A stretch of DNA of 42,384 nt from Desulfurivibrionaceae bacterium (GCA_041562995.1 JBFFNX010000003.1:1-42384), one strand, 5' to 3'; positions 1 through 9,823 are shown, counted from the stretch's first letter. Made by a program: numbers and translations. Notes: a model not told the origin generated them from the letters alone.

Positions 1-8
1 ACCAATAA

Positions 9-1313
9 TTAACGTAAAGCAGGGTTGAAATAGCCGAATTTGAGGTCCGGGAAGCGTCTTTTTACCGCAAAAAGCCAATTTTGTACACCCATAGGTTTTT
101 CCCGGGCCGGGTGTTGGACCACGTCAAAATACCAGTCTGGATCCATGTTCAGGTTGCGAAGTTGAATAAGATCGGGACGATAGAGGTCGACAAGGTCACA
201 AAAAGCGGCAAACTCATCCGGGTCATCGGTGAAGCCGGGCAGGGTGAAATAATTGATGGAGACGAATCTGCCGGCCTTTTTCATGACCAGGATCGACTCG
301 AGGACGTTCTTGAAGGTAAAGCCCTCCGGCCGGTAATAGAGGGTGTGACAACCCTTACGGGCCGAATTGATACTGACCCTGATGGAGTCAAGGCCGGCCC
401 CGGCCAGGCGCTCCACGGCCTCGGGCAGGCTGGAGTTGGAGTTGAGATTAATGGTGCCCGCGGAAGTTGCTTTGCGGATCAGGCGGATGGCCTCTTCGAT
501 GGTCTTGGCCTGAAGCAGGGGTTCCCCCTCACAGCCCTGGCCGAAGCTAACCACGCCGTGGGGGGCATGGGCCAGATGGCTCAAGGCGACCTCGGCAATC
601 TCCTGGGGGGAGGGGACAAATTTGAGCCTGTCCTGGGTGGAGGGGCAGCAGCCTGAGGGTTGCAGGGAGATGCAGCCCACGCAATTGGCATTACAGGATG
701 GCGAGCAGGGCAGGGGCGCTTCGTAGCGGCCCAGGAAAAGATTCTTGGCGGCCGGGCAGCCGTAGGTCAGTGAGCATTTGCCAAGATGCTGGATCAAGCG
801 GTTGGTCTTGTATTTTTTAAGACCTTTATTGGTCTTGGCGCGGATGGTTTCCGGGGGGATGTGGTCAAATTCCTGGCGAACATCTGGGTCGCTGCGAAAG
901 CCGCAGACCCAGAACTGATCATCAAGCCAGCCCACGGCCGTATAGGCAAAAAGGGGCAGGGCAGGCGGGTCGGTATGGTCCTTTTCAAAGGCTGCCGTAT
1001 AGATAGTGGTATGGGCTGGCGCCATGAAGGCGGCAACGGCCTGGATGCCCTCGACCGGATTGTCGGGATTTTCCTGGAGAAGAATGGGTTCGTTGCTCTC
1101 CGGGTCAAAGCCGACGGGCATCCGGTTGGGCAGGACAAAAATATCACTGTTTACCGGCAGGGGGATAATGTCTGTCAGTTCAGGCCTGAAGAACCAGCGA
1201 CCAGCCCGGCCTGCCATGTCAAGGTCGGGCAGGTCAAGGATCTCCCCTTTGCTGTTGGCATAGAGCAGGCTGGGCATGCGGCTGGGGTGGATGGCTTTTG
1301 GGGAGTTAGGCAT
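9..1313 (-). CDS. Radical SAM protein of unknown function with N-terminal extension
   Basis: CxxxCxxC motif (CNANCVGC), GQGCEGEPLL variant of the GGEP motif, 434-aa intact ORF. Confidence 0.88.
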   Translation of the reverse strand: MPNSPKAIHPSRMPSLLYANSKGEILDLPDLDMAGRAGRWFFRPELTDIIPLPVNSDIFVLPNRMPVGFDPESNEPILLQENPDNPVEGIQAVAAFMAPAHTTIYTAAFEKDHTDPPALPLFAYTAVGWLDDQFWVCGFRSDPDVRQEFDHIPPETIRAKTNKGLKKYKTNRLIQHLGKCSLTYGCPAAKNLFLGRYEAPLPCSPSCNANCVGCISLQPSGCCPSTQDRLKFVPSPQEIAEVALSHLAHAPHGVVSFGQGCEGEPLLQAKTIEEAIRLIRKATSAGTINLNSNSSLPEAVERLAGAGLDSIRVSINSARKGCHTLYYRPEGFTFKNVLESILVMKKAGRFVSINYFTLPGFTDDPDEFAAFCDLVDLYRPDLIQLRNLNMDPDWYFDVVQHPAREKPMGVQNWLFAVKRRFPDLKFGYFNPALR

Positions 1314-1345
1314 GGTCAGGGCAGATCAGATGTTAAGGCTATAAA

Positions 1346-1408
1346 CAGGAAGGGCACGAAGGCCATGAAGTGAGTGTACAAAACTTCGTGGCCTTCGTGC
1401 CCTTTCTG
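1346..1408. repeat. Intergenic inverted repeat (about 26-bp arms) built from CACGAAG-like units; REP/MITE-like
   Basis: AAGGGCACGAAGGCCATGAAGT pairs with ACTTCGTGGCCTTCGTGCCCTT, 11-nt loop. Confidence 0.8.
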
Positions 1409-1428
1409 GTGCGATTGCAAAATTAGAT

Positions 1429-1857
1429 TTATTCTTCGGGTGGCCGCAGTTTGTCCATAATGGAATCAACGGCCAAGAAGATCTCTTGATCGTCACCAAA
1501 GATGTCATCAATGTGCGGATCCTCAATAAGATCCTCAATAATGTGCTGGGTAACGTAAAGGGAAAGGAAATTTGGATCGGCAGCAAGTTGTCTGAGGGGA
1601 GCAATTTTGAACTGCAGGTCAAATTCATCCATGTCACGCATTTTCTGGAACAGATTGCTGAAATGGGTGCGGATGGCATCTACGTTGGTAGTTTCAATAA
1701 TATGGGCGTCCAGCAGGCGTTGCACAAGTCTGGTTGCCAACTCATCAGCATGCTTTTGGGCAAGTTTGAGCATGACGCGCCGTTCCTTTTCCCGATTGCG
1801 ATCAATGGAACGGACGGCACGATCACCAGCACCGTATGGGTTATGAGCGTAGGGCAT
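1429..1857 (-). CDS. Hypothetical protein (142 aa, predicted helical, acidic C-terminus)
   Basis: Strong AAGGAG RBS upstream on the minus strand, protein-like composition, co-oriented with the radical SAM gene. Confidence 0.8.
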   Translation of the reverse strand: MPYAHNPYGAGDRAVRSIDRNREKERRVMLKLAQKHADELATRLVQRLLDAHIIETTNVDAIRTHFSNLFQKMRDMDEFDLQFKIAPLRQLAADPNFLSLYVTQHIIEDLIEDPHIDDIFGDDQEIFLAVDSIMDKLRPPEE

Positions 1858-2146
1858 GATGGACTCCTTAATATGTCCCCACTAAAAAGCGAGGAAATCT
1901 CTTGTGAAGAGGTTGTGGTTAAATTCTAGTACACTTTTTACTCTGTGAAGACAATTTCATCCATAGAAATTTTGCCGGTTAGCCAAAAAGTCAATTTCAG
2001 CTGTGGTTGTCAGCTGATGTGTGAAAAACAAAGCTTTTGAACGGCCTGTTTTTATGGTGGGTGGAATGGCAGCAGGTTGTCGTTGCCAGTTTTAAGCCCG
2101 TTTCTTAATGTTGATAGGGAGGCGTTAATGCATTACAACAGCTGCC

Positions 2147-2707
2147 ATGACGATGGAATCAGACAACAATAGAGACGGCTTTTTAGGCCATGCTGTAAAC
2201 CTTGAAGTCGATAAGACCTGGGATGGAGAAATGGTGGCAGCCTCTGAAAAGGTCCAGCTGCTTTTCCGGCTGAGCAGTCAAGACCTTGAGGTCGAGGTGA
2301 GCGCCCCTCTCTATAATGATCCGGCCCCAGCCGCCCCCGCCGGCGAGCTTGACAGGCTTTGGGAGTATGAGGTGGTAGAGCTTTTTTTGCTGGGTTCCGC
2401 TGGCCATTATCTGGAGATTGAGCTTGGCCCCCATGGCCATTATCTCATCCTGCTCCTTGACGGCATTCGCCAGGTGAAAAAGAGGCTGCAGCCCCGCTCC
2501 TGCAAGACTCGTATAGCGGGCAGGCGCTGGCAGGCGACTGTGCAGGTGGATCTTGATCAGCTACCCTTACCCTTTACCCATGCCAATGCCTATGCCATTC
2601 ATGGCCAGGCCGCCGGCCGCCGCTATCTGGCTGCCTTTCCTGTTCCGGGTGAAAGCCCCGATTTTCACCAACCCCATTTTTTTGGCAGCCTTGATAGGCG
2701 CTGGTAG
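2147..2707 (+). CDS. C4orf33/UPF0462-like protein (DOMON/CBM9-like fold)
   Basis: Motifs TWDG, SAPLYNDPAP, LWEYEVVELF, YLEIELGPHGHYL, NAYAIHG and PDFH match my recollection of human C4orf33. Confidence 0.75.
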   Translation: MTMESDNNRDGFLGHAVNLEVDKTWDGEMVAASEKVQLLFRLSSQDLEVEVSAPLYNDPAPAAPAGELDRLWEYEVVELFLLGSAGHYLEIELGPHGHYLILLLDGIRQVKKRLQPRSCKTRIAGRRWQATVQVDLDQLPLPFTHANAYAIHGQAAGRRYLAAFPVPGESPDFHQPHFFGSLDRRW

Positions 2708-2846
2708 GCCGCGTGATCTTTGGTGGCGGTGACATGGCGCCGGCCGTCGATCAGATCTTGACATCCCTAGGTTGATTCGCGAAGATTAATGAGAGATCAG
2801 CCCCCTTCTTTGGTCATACATTAATCCTGCAAGGTTGCTAAGCCCT

Positions 2847-3692
2847 ATGAGCCTGAACATTTATCTGGCCTACGATGGCTCCATCAATGCCGATTGGGTT
2901 GCCCGCTATGCCCTGAATATGGCCCTCCATGCCGGCAACCGCCAACTGTGTCTTGTTCATATCGAAGACGGCACCTACTCCCAAGAGAGCATTGCTGCCA
3001 AGATCACGGCGGTTGAAGACGAGGCCCGAGCTCTCGGAGTGGGGCTTGACCAGCTTATTCTGCCCCTGGTCAACAATGTCACTTCCTCTCTGCTTGCCGC
3101 AATACCTCTGGGCGCAGACAGCTTGTGTGTCTGCGGGGCGCGGATGACCTCCCGGGGCAAAGGCTTTCTGGCCGGCACCATCTCCGAGAGCCTCTTACGC
3201 CGTAAGCTGTTTGATGTCATGGCCATCCGGGTGGTCAAGCCCGGGTTGTTGGGGGCGCCACAGGATCTCCTCTTTCCCCTCTCCGGTCACCCCCAGGGTT
3301 TTCGGGCTGCCATGTTCTTTTTTCGACTCCTGGCGGCGGAGGTGGACTGCCTCCATCTCCTGCGCATCATGGAGGTCAGCTCCTTTTGGTTCCAGTACAT
3401 GTCCGTCGCCAAGTCCCGGGCCTTACGCCTGGAGGGTATGAATTATATCAATGACATCCTGGCCGACATCAGGCAGCAGCTCAGCGACACAACTCTCCAC
3501 ATTGACGGCAAGGTAATCCTCTCTGACGACTGGGTGAAGGAGATCCTCATTCAGGCCAGCAAACTCAAGACTCAAATGATTATCATGGGGGCGTCAGACC
3601 GTAATCTGCCCAGCCGTTATTTTTATGGCAATAAGCTTGAGCAGATCCTCCGCGAAACCCCCTGCGATGTCGGCATCTACCGGAAGATATGA
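2847..3692 (+). CDS. Universal stress protein, tandem USP domains
   Basis: N-terminal IYLAYDGS; C-terminal IIMGAS...YGNKLEQILRETPCDV; the ORF can also start at TTG 2835; ATGA overlap with the next gene. Confidence 0.85.
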   Translation: MSLNIYLAYDGSINADWVARYALNMALHAGNRQLCLVHIEDGTYSQESIAAKITAVEDEARALGVGLDQLILPLVNNVTSSLLAAIPLGADSLCVCGARMTSRGKGFLAGTISESLLRRKLFDVMAIRVVKPGLLGAPQDLLFPLSGHPQGFRAAMFFFRLLAAEVDCLHLLRIMEVSSFWFQYMSVAKSRALRLEGMNYINDILADIRQQLSDTTLHIDGKVILSDDWVKEILIQASKLKTQMIIMGASDRNLPSRYFYGNKLEQILRETPCDVGIYRKI

Positions 3693-6418
3693 ATAAGGGT
3701 TCGCTTCAAATCCAGCAGCTTGCCCCGGAGCGGGTTTACGCTGTGCTCAACAGCCGGGCCCAAGGACTCAACACCGCCGAGGTTGAGGAACGTCTGCTCC
3801 AGGTGGGTCCGAATTCCCTGGAGATGGCTGATCCCTGGAAGTTGGTGCGGAACTTCAGCAAACAATTCACCAACTTTTTCACCATTCTGCTCATGGTTTC
3901 CGCTGCCATCTGTTTTGTGGCCCATGGCCTCAATCCCGGCGAGAGTATGAATATCCTGGGTTGGGCCCTGGCGGTGGTGGCCCTGCTCAACGCCTTTTTT
4001 AGCTTTATTCAGGAATACCGGGCCGAACGGGCCATGGAGGCCTTGAAAAAGTTTTTGCCCCAGTTGGTGGAGGTTGAGCGCGACGGCCAGCTGTCAAAAA
4101 TAGCGGCCGAGAACATTGTTCCCGGCGATGTGCTGCTGCTTGCCGAGGGTGATAAGATTCCGGCCGATGCCCGCATTGTCGTGGCCGAGGGCTTGCTGGT
4201 CAATAACGCCCCCCTCACCGGTGAGGCCAACCCCTGTTCTCTGTATCATGAACCGTGTGCGAAACGGTTGGCCGAGTGCGATAATGTCGCCTTTGCCGGC
4301 TGCAGCGTGGTGCGGGGCAGCGGTCGGGCCGTGGTCTTTGCCACCGGCCTGCGCACCGAGTTTGGCAAGGTCGCCCATCTCTCCCAGGCCATCACGCGGG
4401 AGGCGTCCCCCCTGGAGCGGGAGACCGCCCACATGGTCCGGGTGCTCACCATCATTGCCGTGCTCATGGGCCTGGGCTTTTTTTTCTACGGGGTGAGTCG
4501 GGGCCGGCCCCTGTGGGTAAACTTGGTTTTTATGATGGGGATCATTGTCGCCAATGTCCCGGAGGGCTTACTGCCCACCTTTACCCTGTCCCTGGCCATG
4601 GGCAGTCTGCGCATGGCCAGGAAAAATGTTTTGGTCAAGAGCCTGAGTGCCGTAGAGGCCCTGGGCGCCATCCATGTCATCTGCTCGGATAAGACCGGCA
4701 CCCTCACCGAAAACCTGCTGACCATCACCGAACTTGTGAAACCGCAGTCTGGTGAGGCCTGGGGCGATGATGATAAGCTGCATCTGCTGGAGCTTGCCCT
4801 GGCCGCCTCCGAGGTGCACGAGGCTGACCAGGGCCTGTCCGGTGACCCACTCGATGTGGCCGTGGCCCTGAAGATAAGAGGGCTGGATGGCGATCTGGCT
4901 GCTGCCCAGGCTGCGGCTAGTCATCACTTTGTCTTTGACGTGGAGAAGCGGCGTTCAGCCGGTATCCTCGAAAAGGATGGGCAACGTTTTTTTGTGGTCA
5001 AGGGCGCCTTTGAGGCCATCAGCCCCATGCTTAGTGGGATCACCTCCCAGACCGGGGCCGGCGCGCAAGGGGGGAAGGTAGATAGGGCTGATCAGAGCGC
5101 CCTGGCAGGGGCCGAAGAGGTGATGCGGGCCATGGCCGGAAGGGGACTACGGGTGATTGCCTTGGCCTGGAAGGAATTGGCGGCCGACGAGCAGTTCCGT
5201 GCTGGCGAGATGGAGCAGGCCAAATTCGAAGAGGGGCTGACCCTGGCCTGTTTTATCGGCATTGAGGACCCTCTGCGCCCTGAGGTGCGGGGGGCGGTGG
5301 CAAAATGTCATAAGGCCGGCATTGAGGTTATCCTCATCACCGGTGACCATCCGGACACGGCCCTGGCCATTGCCGGCAAGAGCGGTATTGTCCCCATTGG
5401 GGAAAGCGAGGCGCAGGTCATTACCGGTGATGTCCTGGCCGGCCTCACCGAGGCGGGGCTGGTGGCGCATCTGGAACAGGGGGTCAGGGTCTTTGCCCGT
5501 ACCACACCAGAGCAAAAGATGAAGATCATTACCGCCTTAAAGAGCATGGAGAAGATTGTCGCCATGACCGGCGACGGGGTCAACGATGCCCCAGCCCTGA
5601 AGGCCGCTGATGTCGGCATTGCCATGGGCCGACAGGGCACGGATGTGGCCAGGGAGTCGGCCCAGATTATTCTCCTTGATGATAATTTCGCCTCCATTGT
5701 CGCCGGCATCGAAGAGGGCAGGACGGTGTTTGACAATATCAAAAAATTCACCAACTATGTCCTGGTCAGTAACGGCCCGGAGATCCTGCCCTATCTCCTC
5801 TATATCCTCTTTCCTGTGCCGCTGGCCTTGAATGTTATTCAGATCCTGTCCATCGACCTGGGCACCGACATTATCCCTTCCATGGGTCTGGGCCAGGAGC
5901 CCCCGGACCAGGAAACCATGAACCGGCCGCCCCGTGCTCAAGGCCAGGGACTGCTCACTCCGGCCCTGATCTGCCACAGCTATCTTTTTCTCGGTCTGCT
6001 GGAAGGCCTCTGGTCGCTGGGCCTTTTTTTCTACGTTCTCATCGCTGGCGGTTGGCAGTATGGTGATGAGCTGGCCAGCCATGATCCCCTCTATCGTTCC
6101 GCCATGGGTATTGCCCTGGCTACTATCCTCCTCATGCAGATCGGTAATCTCCTGGGCCGCCGTTTTGCCCGGCGTTCCGGCCTTGATCGGGGCATCTTCA
6201 GCAACCGCCTGCTGCTGCTCGGCATCGTCATTCAGGTCATCTTTTCCTGGGCCACCCTCTATTTCCCCCCCTTGCAAAGGGTTCTTAATACCGGGCCGGT
6301 GCCTTTGCCTGTCTATTTTCTGGCCTGGTTCGGCATTGCCCTCATCTTCGGGGCCGATTATCTACGGAAAAGGATGCTTGTCAGGCGGGAATCCCGCCAA
6401 TGTGACGAGACCTCCTAG
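3689..6418 (+). CDS. Cation-transporting P-type ATPase, type II (Na+/K+-ATPase/P2C-like motifs)
   Basis: DKTGTLT phosphorylation site, TGE, VANVPEGL, KGAFE, TGDGVNDAPALK, SNGPE, IDLGTD, multiple TM segments. Confidence 0.95.
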   Translation: MNKGSLQIQQLAPERVYAVLNSRAQGLNTAEVEERLLQVGPNSLEMADPWKLVRNFSKQFTNFFTILLMVSAAICFVAHGLNPGESMNILGWALAVVALLNAFFSFIQEYRAERAMEALKKFLPQLVEVERDGQLSKIAAENIVPGDVLLLAEGDKIPADARIVVAEGLLVNNAPLTGEANPCSLYHEPCAKRLAECDNVAFAGCSVVRGSGRAVVFATGLRTEFGKVAHLSQAITREASPLERETAHMVRVLTIIAVLMGLGFFFYGVSRGRPLWVNLVFMMGIIVANVPEGLLPTFTLSLAMGSLRMARKNVLVKSLSAVEALGAIHVICSDKTGTLTENLLTITELVKPQSGEAWGDDDKLHLLELALAASEVHEADQGLSGDPLDVAVALKIRGLDGDLAAAQAAASHHFVFDVEKRRSAGILEKDGQRFFVVKGAFEAISPMLSGITSQTGAGAQGGKVDRADQSALAGAEEVMRAMAGRGLRVIALAWKELAADEQFRAGEMEQAKFEEGLTLACFIGIEDPLRPEVRGAVAKCHKAGIEVILITGDHPDTALAIAGKSGIVPIGESEAQVITGDVLAGLTEAGLVAHLEQGVRVFARTTPEQKMKIITALKSMEKIVAMTGDGVNDAPALKAADVGIAMGRQGTDVARESAQIILLDDNFASIVAGIEEGRTVFDNIKKFTNYVLVSNGPEILPYLLYILFPVPLALNVIQILSIDLGTDIIPSMGLGQEPPDQETMNRPPRAQGQGLLTPALICHSYLFLGLLEGLWSLGLFFYVLIAGGWQYGDELASHDPLYRSAMGIALATILLMQIGNLLGRRFARRSGLDRGIFSNRLLLLGIVIQVIFSWATLYFPPLQRVLNTGPVPLPVYFLAWFGIALIFGADYLRKRMLVRRESRQCDETS

Positions 6419-6512
6419 TCTGCAATCTCTCTTGTCGCCAGTCGTGGAAGGGGTGCCGCGCAGAAAGACAGGTGTGCGAAAAATGGGAAAAATGGGGCTC
6501 TGGGCAGGCAGG

Positions 6513-7004
6513 CTACTCCACCACCAGCACCGCGCAGTGCTTGGCATGGTGGAGGATCTTGCTGGAGGTTGATCCCAGGATGAACTCGGCGTTATGGCTG
6601 AGGCCTCGCCGTCCCACGGCCACAATGCAGCAGCGTAGTTTGTCTTGTTCCTCAAGGATGGCATCGCCGATGGAGGCGCATTGCCGGACAACGAGCCGGA
6701 CATCGATTTGCTTTTCGCTAAAGCCAGCGTCCACGAGAATCGCTCTGTACTCAGCAAGCTTGTTAGTAATATGGGCTGTTTGTTCCGTGAGCCATTTCTG
6801 TCGTTCATCTTCCGTGGCAAAATAATCTTCTGAAGGTTCCGGGAGAATGGAGAGCAGGGTGATAAAAATATCCTGATAATCTCCAAAAAAATCGGCAAGA
6901 TAGATAATGGTCCGTCTTGAATTCTCTGACTCATCTACTGCTGCCAAAAGGTGCCGTTCGCTATCCCTGCGGGCGACATCACTGAAACTGCCTTTACTCA
7001 TCAT
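6513..7004 (-). CDS. Universal stress protein (single domain)
   Basis: LLAAVDES, VGRRG...ILGSTSSKILH...VLVV signature; overlaps the stop codon of the kinase gene. Confidence 0.9.
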   Translation of the reverse strand: MMSKGSFSDVARRDSERHLLAAVDESENSRRTIIYLADFFGDYQDIFITLLSILPEPSEDYFATEDERQKWLTEQTAHITNKLAEYRAILVDAGFSEKQIDVRLVVRQCASIGDAILEEQDKLRCCIVAVGRRGLSHNAEFILGSTSSKILHHAKHCAVLVVE

Positions 7005-7996
7005 ATCCTCCCTGCCTGTTTGGCCACATCGATCTTCGCCGTGGCCAGGTCGTTAAGCATCTGGTCAGTGGTTTCGTAAAATATTTTGGCACCTTGGGAA
7101 AAATGGAGAAGAACCCTGTTTAAAGACTCGGGGATATAGGGGTAAATCTTGCGCAGGTTCGCCACCCGGTTCTTGTAAGAGATGTTGAGGTCCTCGCCCC
7201 ACAGGCTGTCGAAAAGGGGGCGCTGATTCTGATGCAGATCGGGCACCAGGACATCGCCTCGTCCGACAAGGAAGGTGAGAATGTTTCCCAGGCCGTGGAG
7301 ATCAAAGCCGAACATTGACTCGCCGTGCATGAAGTTGTAGTCAAAGTCGATCCAGCGATATATTTGCCGTTCGCGATCCAAGATGATGTGGTCGCGCCGG
7401 ATGTCACCATGTTTTTCGCCGTGGTCGTGGAGGAATTTGATGGCAATAACCAAGTCGATATAGCGATCCAGCAGATCTGGGAAGTGGTTGAAAAAATAAT
7501 CGTGGTGGTCGTGGCCGAGCTCGACGATGAGCTGGTCAAAATTGCGGCCGTAGATAAAATCCAGGACACGAACAATATTTCCCGCAGTATCTAGAATCCA
7601 GGTGCCGTGCATGAAATGATCGTGGTCTGCAACCAGTTCCAGGATGCGCGCCTCCTTTTTAGGGCTGCGGAAGCATTTAATGACGATGTCGCCGATGGTG
7701 GTATCAAACTTTTCGTGGAAGACAAGCTTGAGGATTTTAGTGGTGCCGTCACGCAGGTCAATGGCCCGTCGTACCCAGTATTTGGGCTGGTCGTCGATGC
7801 CAAAGCGACCCTCCATCTCATAGCGTTTGATCCAAAACGGAATGCCGGCAAGCAGAACAACGTCATTATACTCTACCTTGAAAAAATCGCTGGTATCAGT
7901 GATGACCTTGAATTTCTTGGGTACCCGTTCAGCTCCGGCATAAGCGGTTATGAGATCGGTGACGTCATTTTTGGATAAGGTGTTTTCGTTGAGCAC
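7001..7996 (-). CDS. Protein kinase-like (atypical Ser/Thr kinase)
   Basis: ILK lysine, KEARIL alphaC glutamate, HGDIRRDHI catalytic loop, IDFD in place of DFG, DLHGLG; GTG start with GGAG RBS. Confidence 0.8.
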   Translation of the reverse strand: MLNENTLSKNDVTDLITAYAGAERVPKKFKVITDTSDFFKVEYNDVVLLAGIPFWIKRYEMEGRFGIDDQPKYWVRRAIDLRDGTTKILKLVFHEKFDTTIGDIVIKCFRSPKKEARILELVADHDHFMHGTWILDTAGNIVRVLDFIYGRNFDQLIVELGHDHHDYFFNHFPDLLDRYIDLVIAIKFLHDHGEKHGDIRRDHIILDRERQIYRWIDFDYNFMHGESMFGFDLHGLGNILTFLVGRGDVLVPDLHQNQRPLFDSLWGEDLNISYKNRVANLRKIYPYIPESLNRVLLHFSQGAKIFYETTDQMLNDLATAKIDVAKQAGRI

Positions 7997-8341
7997 GGCT
8001 CCCCTCCTTCACCTTTATGGTAGCATTTTAAGGGTGCAGGATTGTACTGATTTTTTTTTAGACTACTCTTTTTACGACTTGTTTGGACGCGCTGTGTGAG
8101 AAAGATGCCACGGTTTGGGATCAGGCTGCGTCTGTGGCTATTTGTCGTTTTGTGCAAAGTATAACATGGCAATTTGTCGCGCCAATTTTCTGGTCACCAG
8201 CTCCACAGCTGCTGCGGAGCGCGCAGGTGCGACTCTGCTGGCAGGTTGTTGCGCTTTTTACAACGAAACCAAAAAAACATTTTTAAAAAATACAGTTAGT
8301 TATCGCTTAGATCTGTGAAAAAAAAGAAATAAAACGTGTCG

Positions 8342-8357
8342 TGGCTGCAACGTTGCA
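8342..8357 (+). promoter_or_regulatory. Sigma54 -24/-12 promoter
   Basis: TGGCTG-CAACG-TTGCA has GG-N10-GC spacing; AT-rich IHF-like tract near 8290-8302 and a GTTGT-N10-ACAAC dyad near 8245-8264 upstream. Confidence 0.65.
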
Positions 8358-8581
8358 ATGAGAAGCAAACAACGTCTTCTGGCAGCAAAAACAGTCATGC
8401 CTGGTAAGTATGCTCAATGCATATCCCCAGAGGCACACAGGCTCTAATAAGACGTTAACTGGAATGGCCATTCCTTTTTTTTTGAGTGAGGACTGCAAGT
8501 TTAATTTGCAGGATGCGAAGAAGAGTGCAAGCTCAGCTTGCATAGTGGAAAGGAAAACGTAATTGGAGTGGAGTAGAGAAA

Positions 8582-9823
8582 ATGAAGAAAGTAATTTTAA
8601 CGGCAGCAGCACTTGGCCTGATGGTCGCTGGTTCAGCTAGCGCAGGTGTTCTTGAAGGTTGGGATACATCAAATGTTACCATCGCCGCAGGTCCTTATGT
8701 ACCTTACACCACGTACAGCAGCGTTATCACTAACGCAGATGGCGTATCAAACGGCAAAGTAAACTGGAAAGAGGGCAACGTCAAAGGACCCGGACTCCAG
8801 GTTAGAGAGACTGTAGCAACGACGTACACTAAAAAAGGTGTTGCAAGAACAACAGAAGTTAAGTGCCTCATGACAACAGGTTACAACGAGTTGTATTATG
8901 TCGCCGATGATCCGAGCACTTGGGTAGAAAAAGAGTGCACCGATGATCTGAAGACCAGTAAACGCGCCAAAGTCATGAATACCCTTACCGCGCCCTTGGA
9001 ATTAGACTTTAATGTCGTTGGCGGACCCACAAACACCTACAAAATGGAACAGAAGCTGACTGATGGCACCCCAGCTGATTTGTGGGAGTCCTACACCATT
9101 GAGCTTGGAACCAGGGATGCGGACGGCTATTTCGTTGCCTCAACTTCCGGCGACGGTCTCGGATTTTCCACTGACACAGGAGCAATATTCACCAACACAG
9201 TATCAACCGACACCATGCTTCCTCTGATTCTCTCCGCTAATTTCGCCCAGGGTCTGGCCGGTCCGGCTGACTTTTATCATCCTGAGCCAGGTTACTTTAA
9301 TCCTGAGGAGCGCATGGGTTTCTCCATGACTGCTGACGAAGACATTATCACCAGTACCGGTGTTTCTACTACCTATTCCAATGTCTTCGGATCTTGGCTA
9401 AACAGCGCGGGCGCACCCATTGCCATCTTCTATGATGATGATAATGATATCAACTCCGATAATATCCTGATGGGCAACTGCGCCGAAGGCCCGGCCGATA
9501 ACTACGTTCACGTTGGCACCCACACCGGCGACGATGTAAATGGCTTGGCATGTAACGGTACCTGGGTAAATTGGCGCGGCGTAGCAGTTGGTGGTGATCC
9601 TGAACAACTTGGTGATGTCGCAACTGGTGGACTTAATGGCCAGACCGTTCATCCAAGTGTCACTGCTGCCATAGCAGCCATTGCTGCTGGTGAAGTAAAC
9701 GTAATGTATATGGATTACGTTGAAGATGCTGCCAACCTGGGATTAACCTTCTGGATTACGGTTGACGAAAGCTTCGCAGGCGACAAAATGGTTATCCGCT
9801 ACACCCCGGTTGCTGTCCAATAA
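8582..9823 (+). CDS. Secreted protein, choice-of-anchor F-like domain, no C-terminal anchor
   Basis: Sec signal peptide MKKVILTAAALGLMVAGSASA; motifs GW..NV, PGLQV, CLMTT, QKLT, IELG, DGLGF, VEDAANL resemble the choice-of-anchor F family as I recall it. Confidence 0.65.
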   Translation: MKKVILTAAALGLMVAGSASAGVLEGWDTSNVTIAAGPYVPYTTYSSVITNADGVSNGKVNWKEGNVKGPGLQVRETVATTYTKKGVARTTEVKCLMTTGYNELYYVADDPSTWVEKECTDDLKTSKRAKVMNTLTAPLELDFNVVGGPTNTYKMEQKLTDGTPADLWESYTIELGTRDADGYFVASTSGDGLGFSTDTGAIFTNTVSTDTMLPLILSANFAQGLAGPADFYHPEPGYFNPEERMGFSMTADEDIITSTGVSTTYSNVFGSWLNSAGAPIAIFYDDDNDINSDNILMGNCAEGPADNYVHVGTHTGDDVNGLACNGTWVNWRGVAVGGDPEQLGDVATGGLNGQTVHPSVTAAIAAIAAGEVNVMYMDYVEDAANLGLTFWITVDESFAGDKMVIRYTPVAVQ

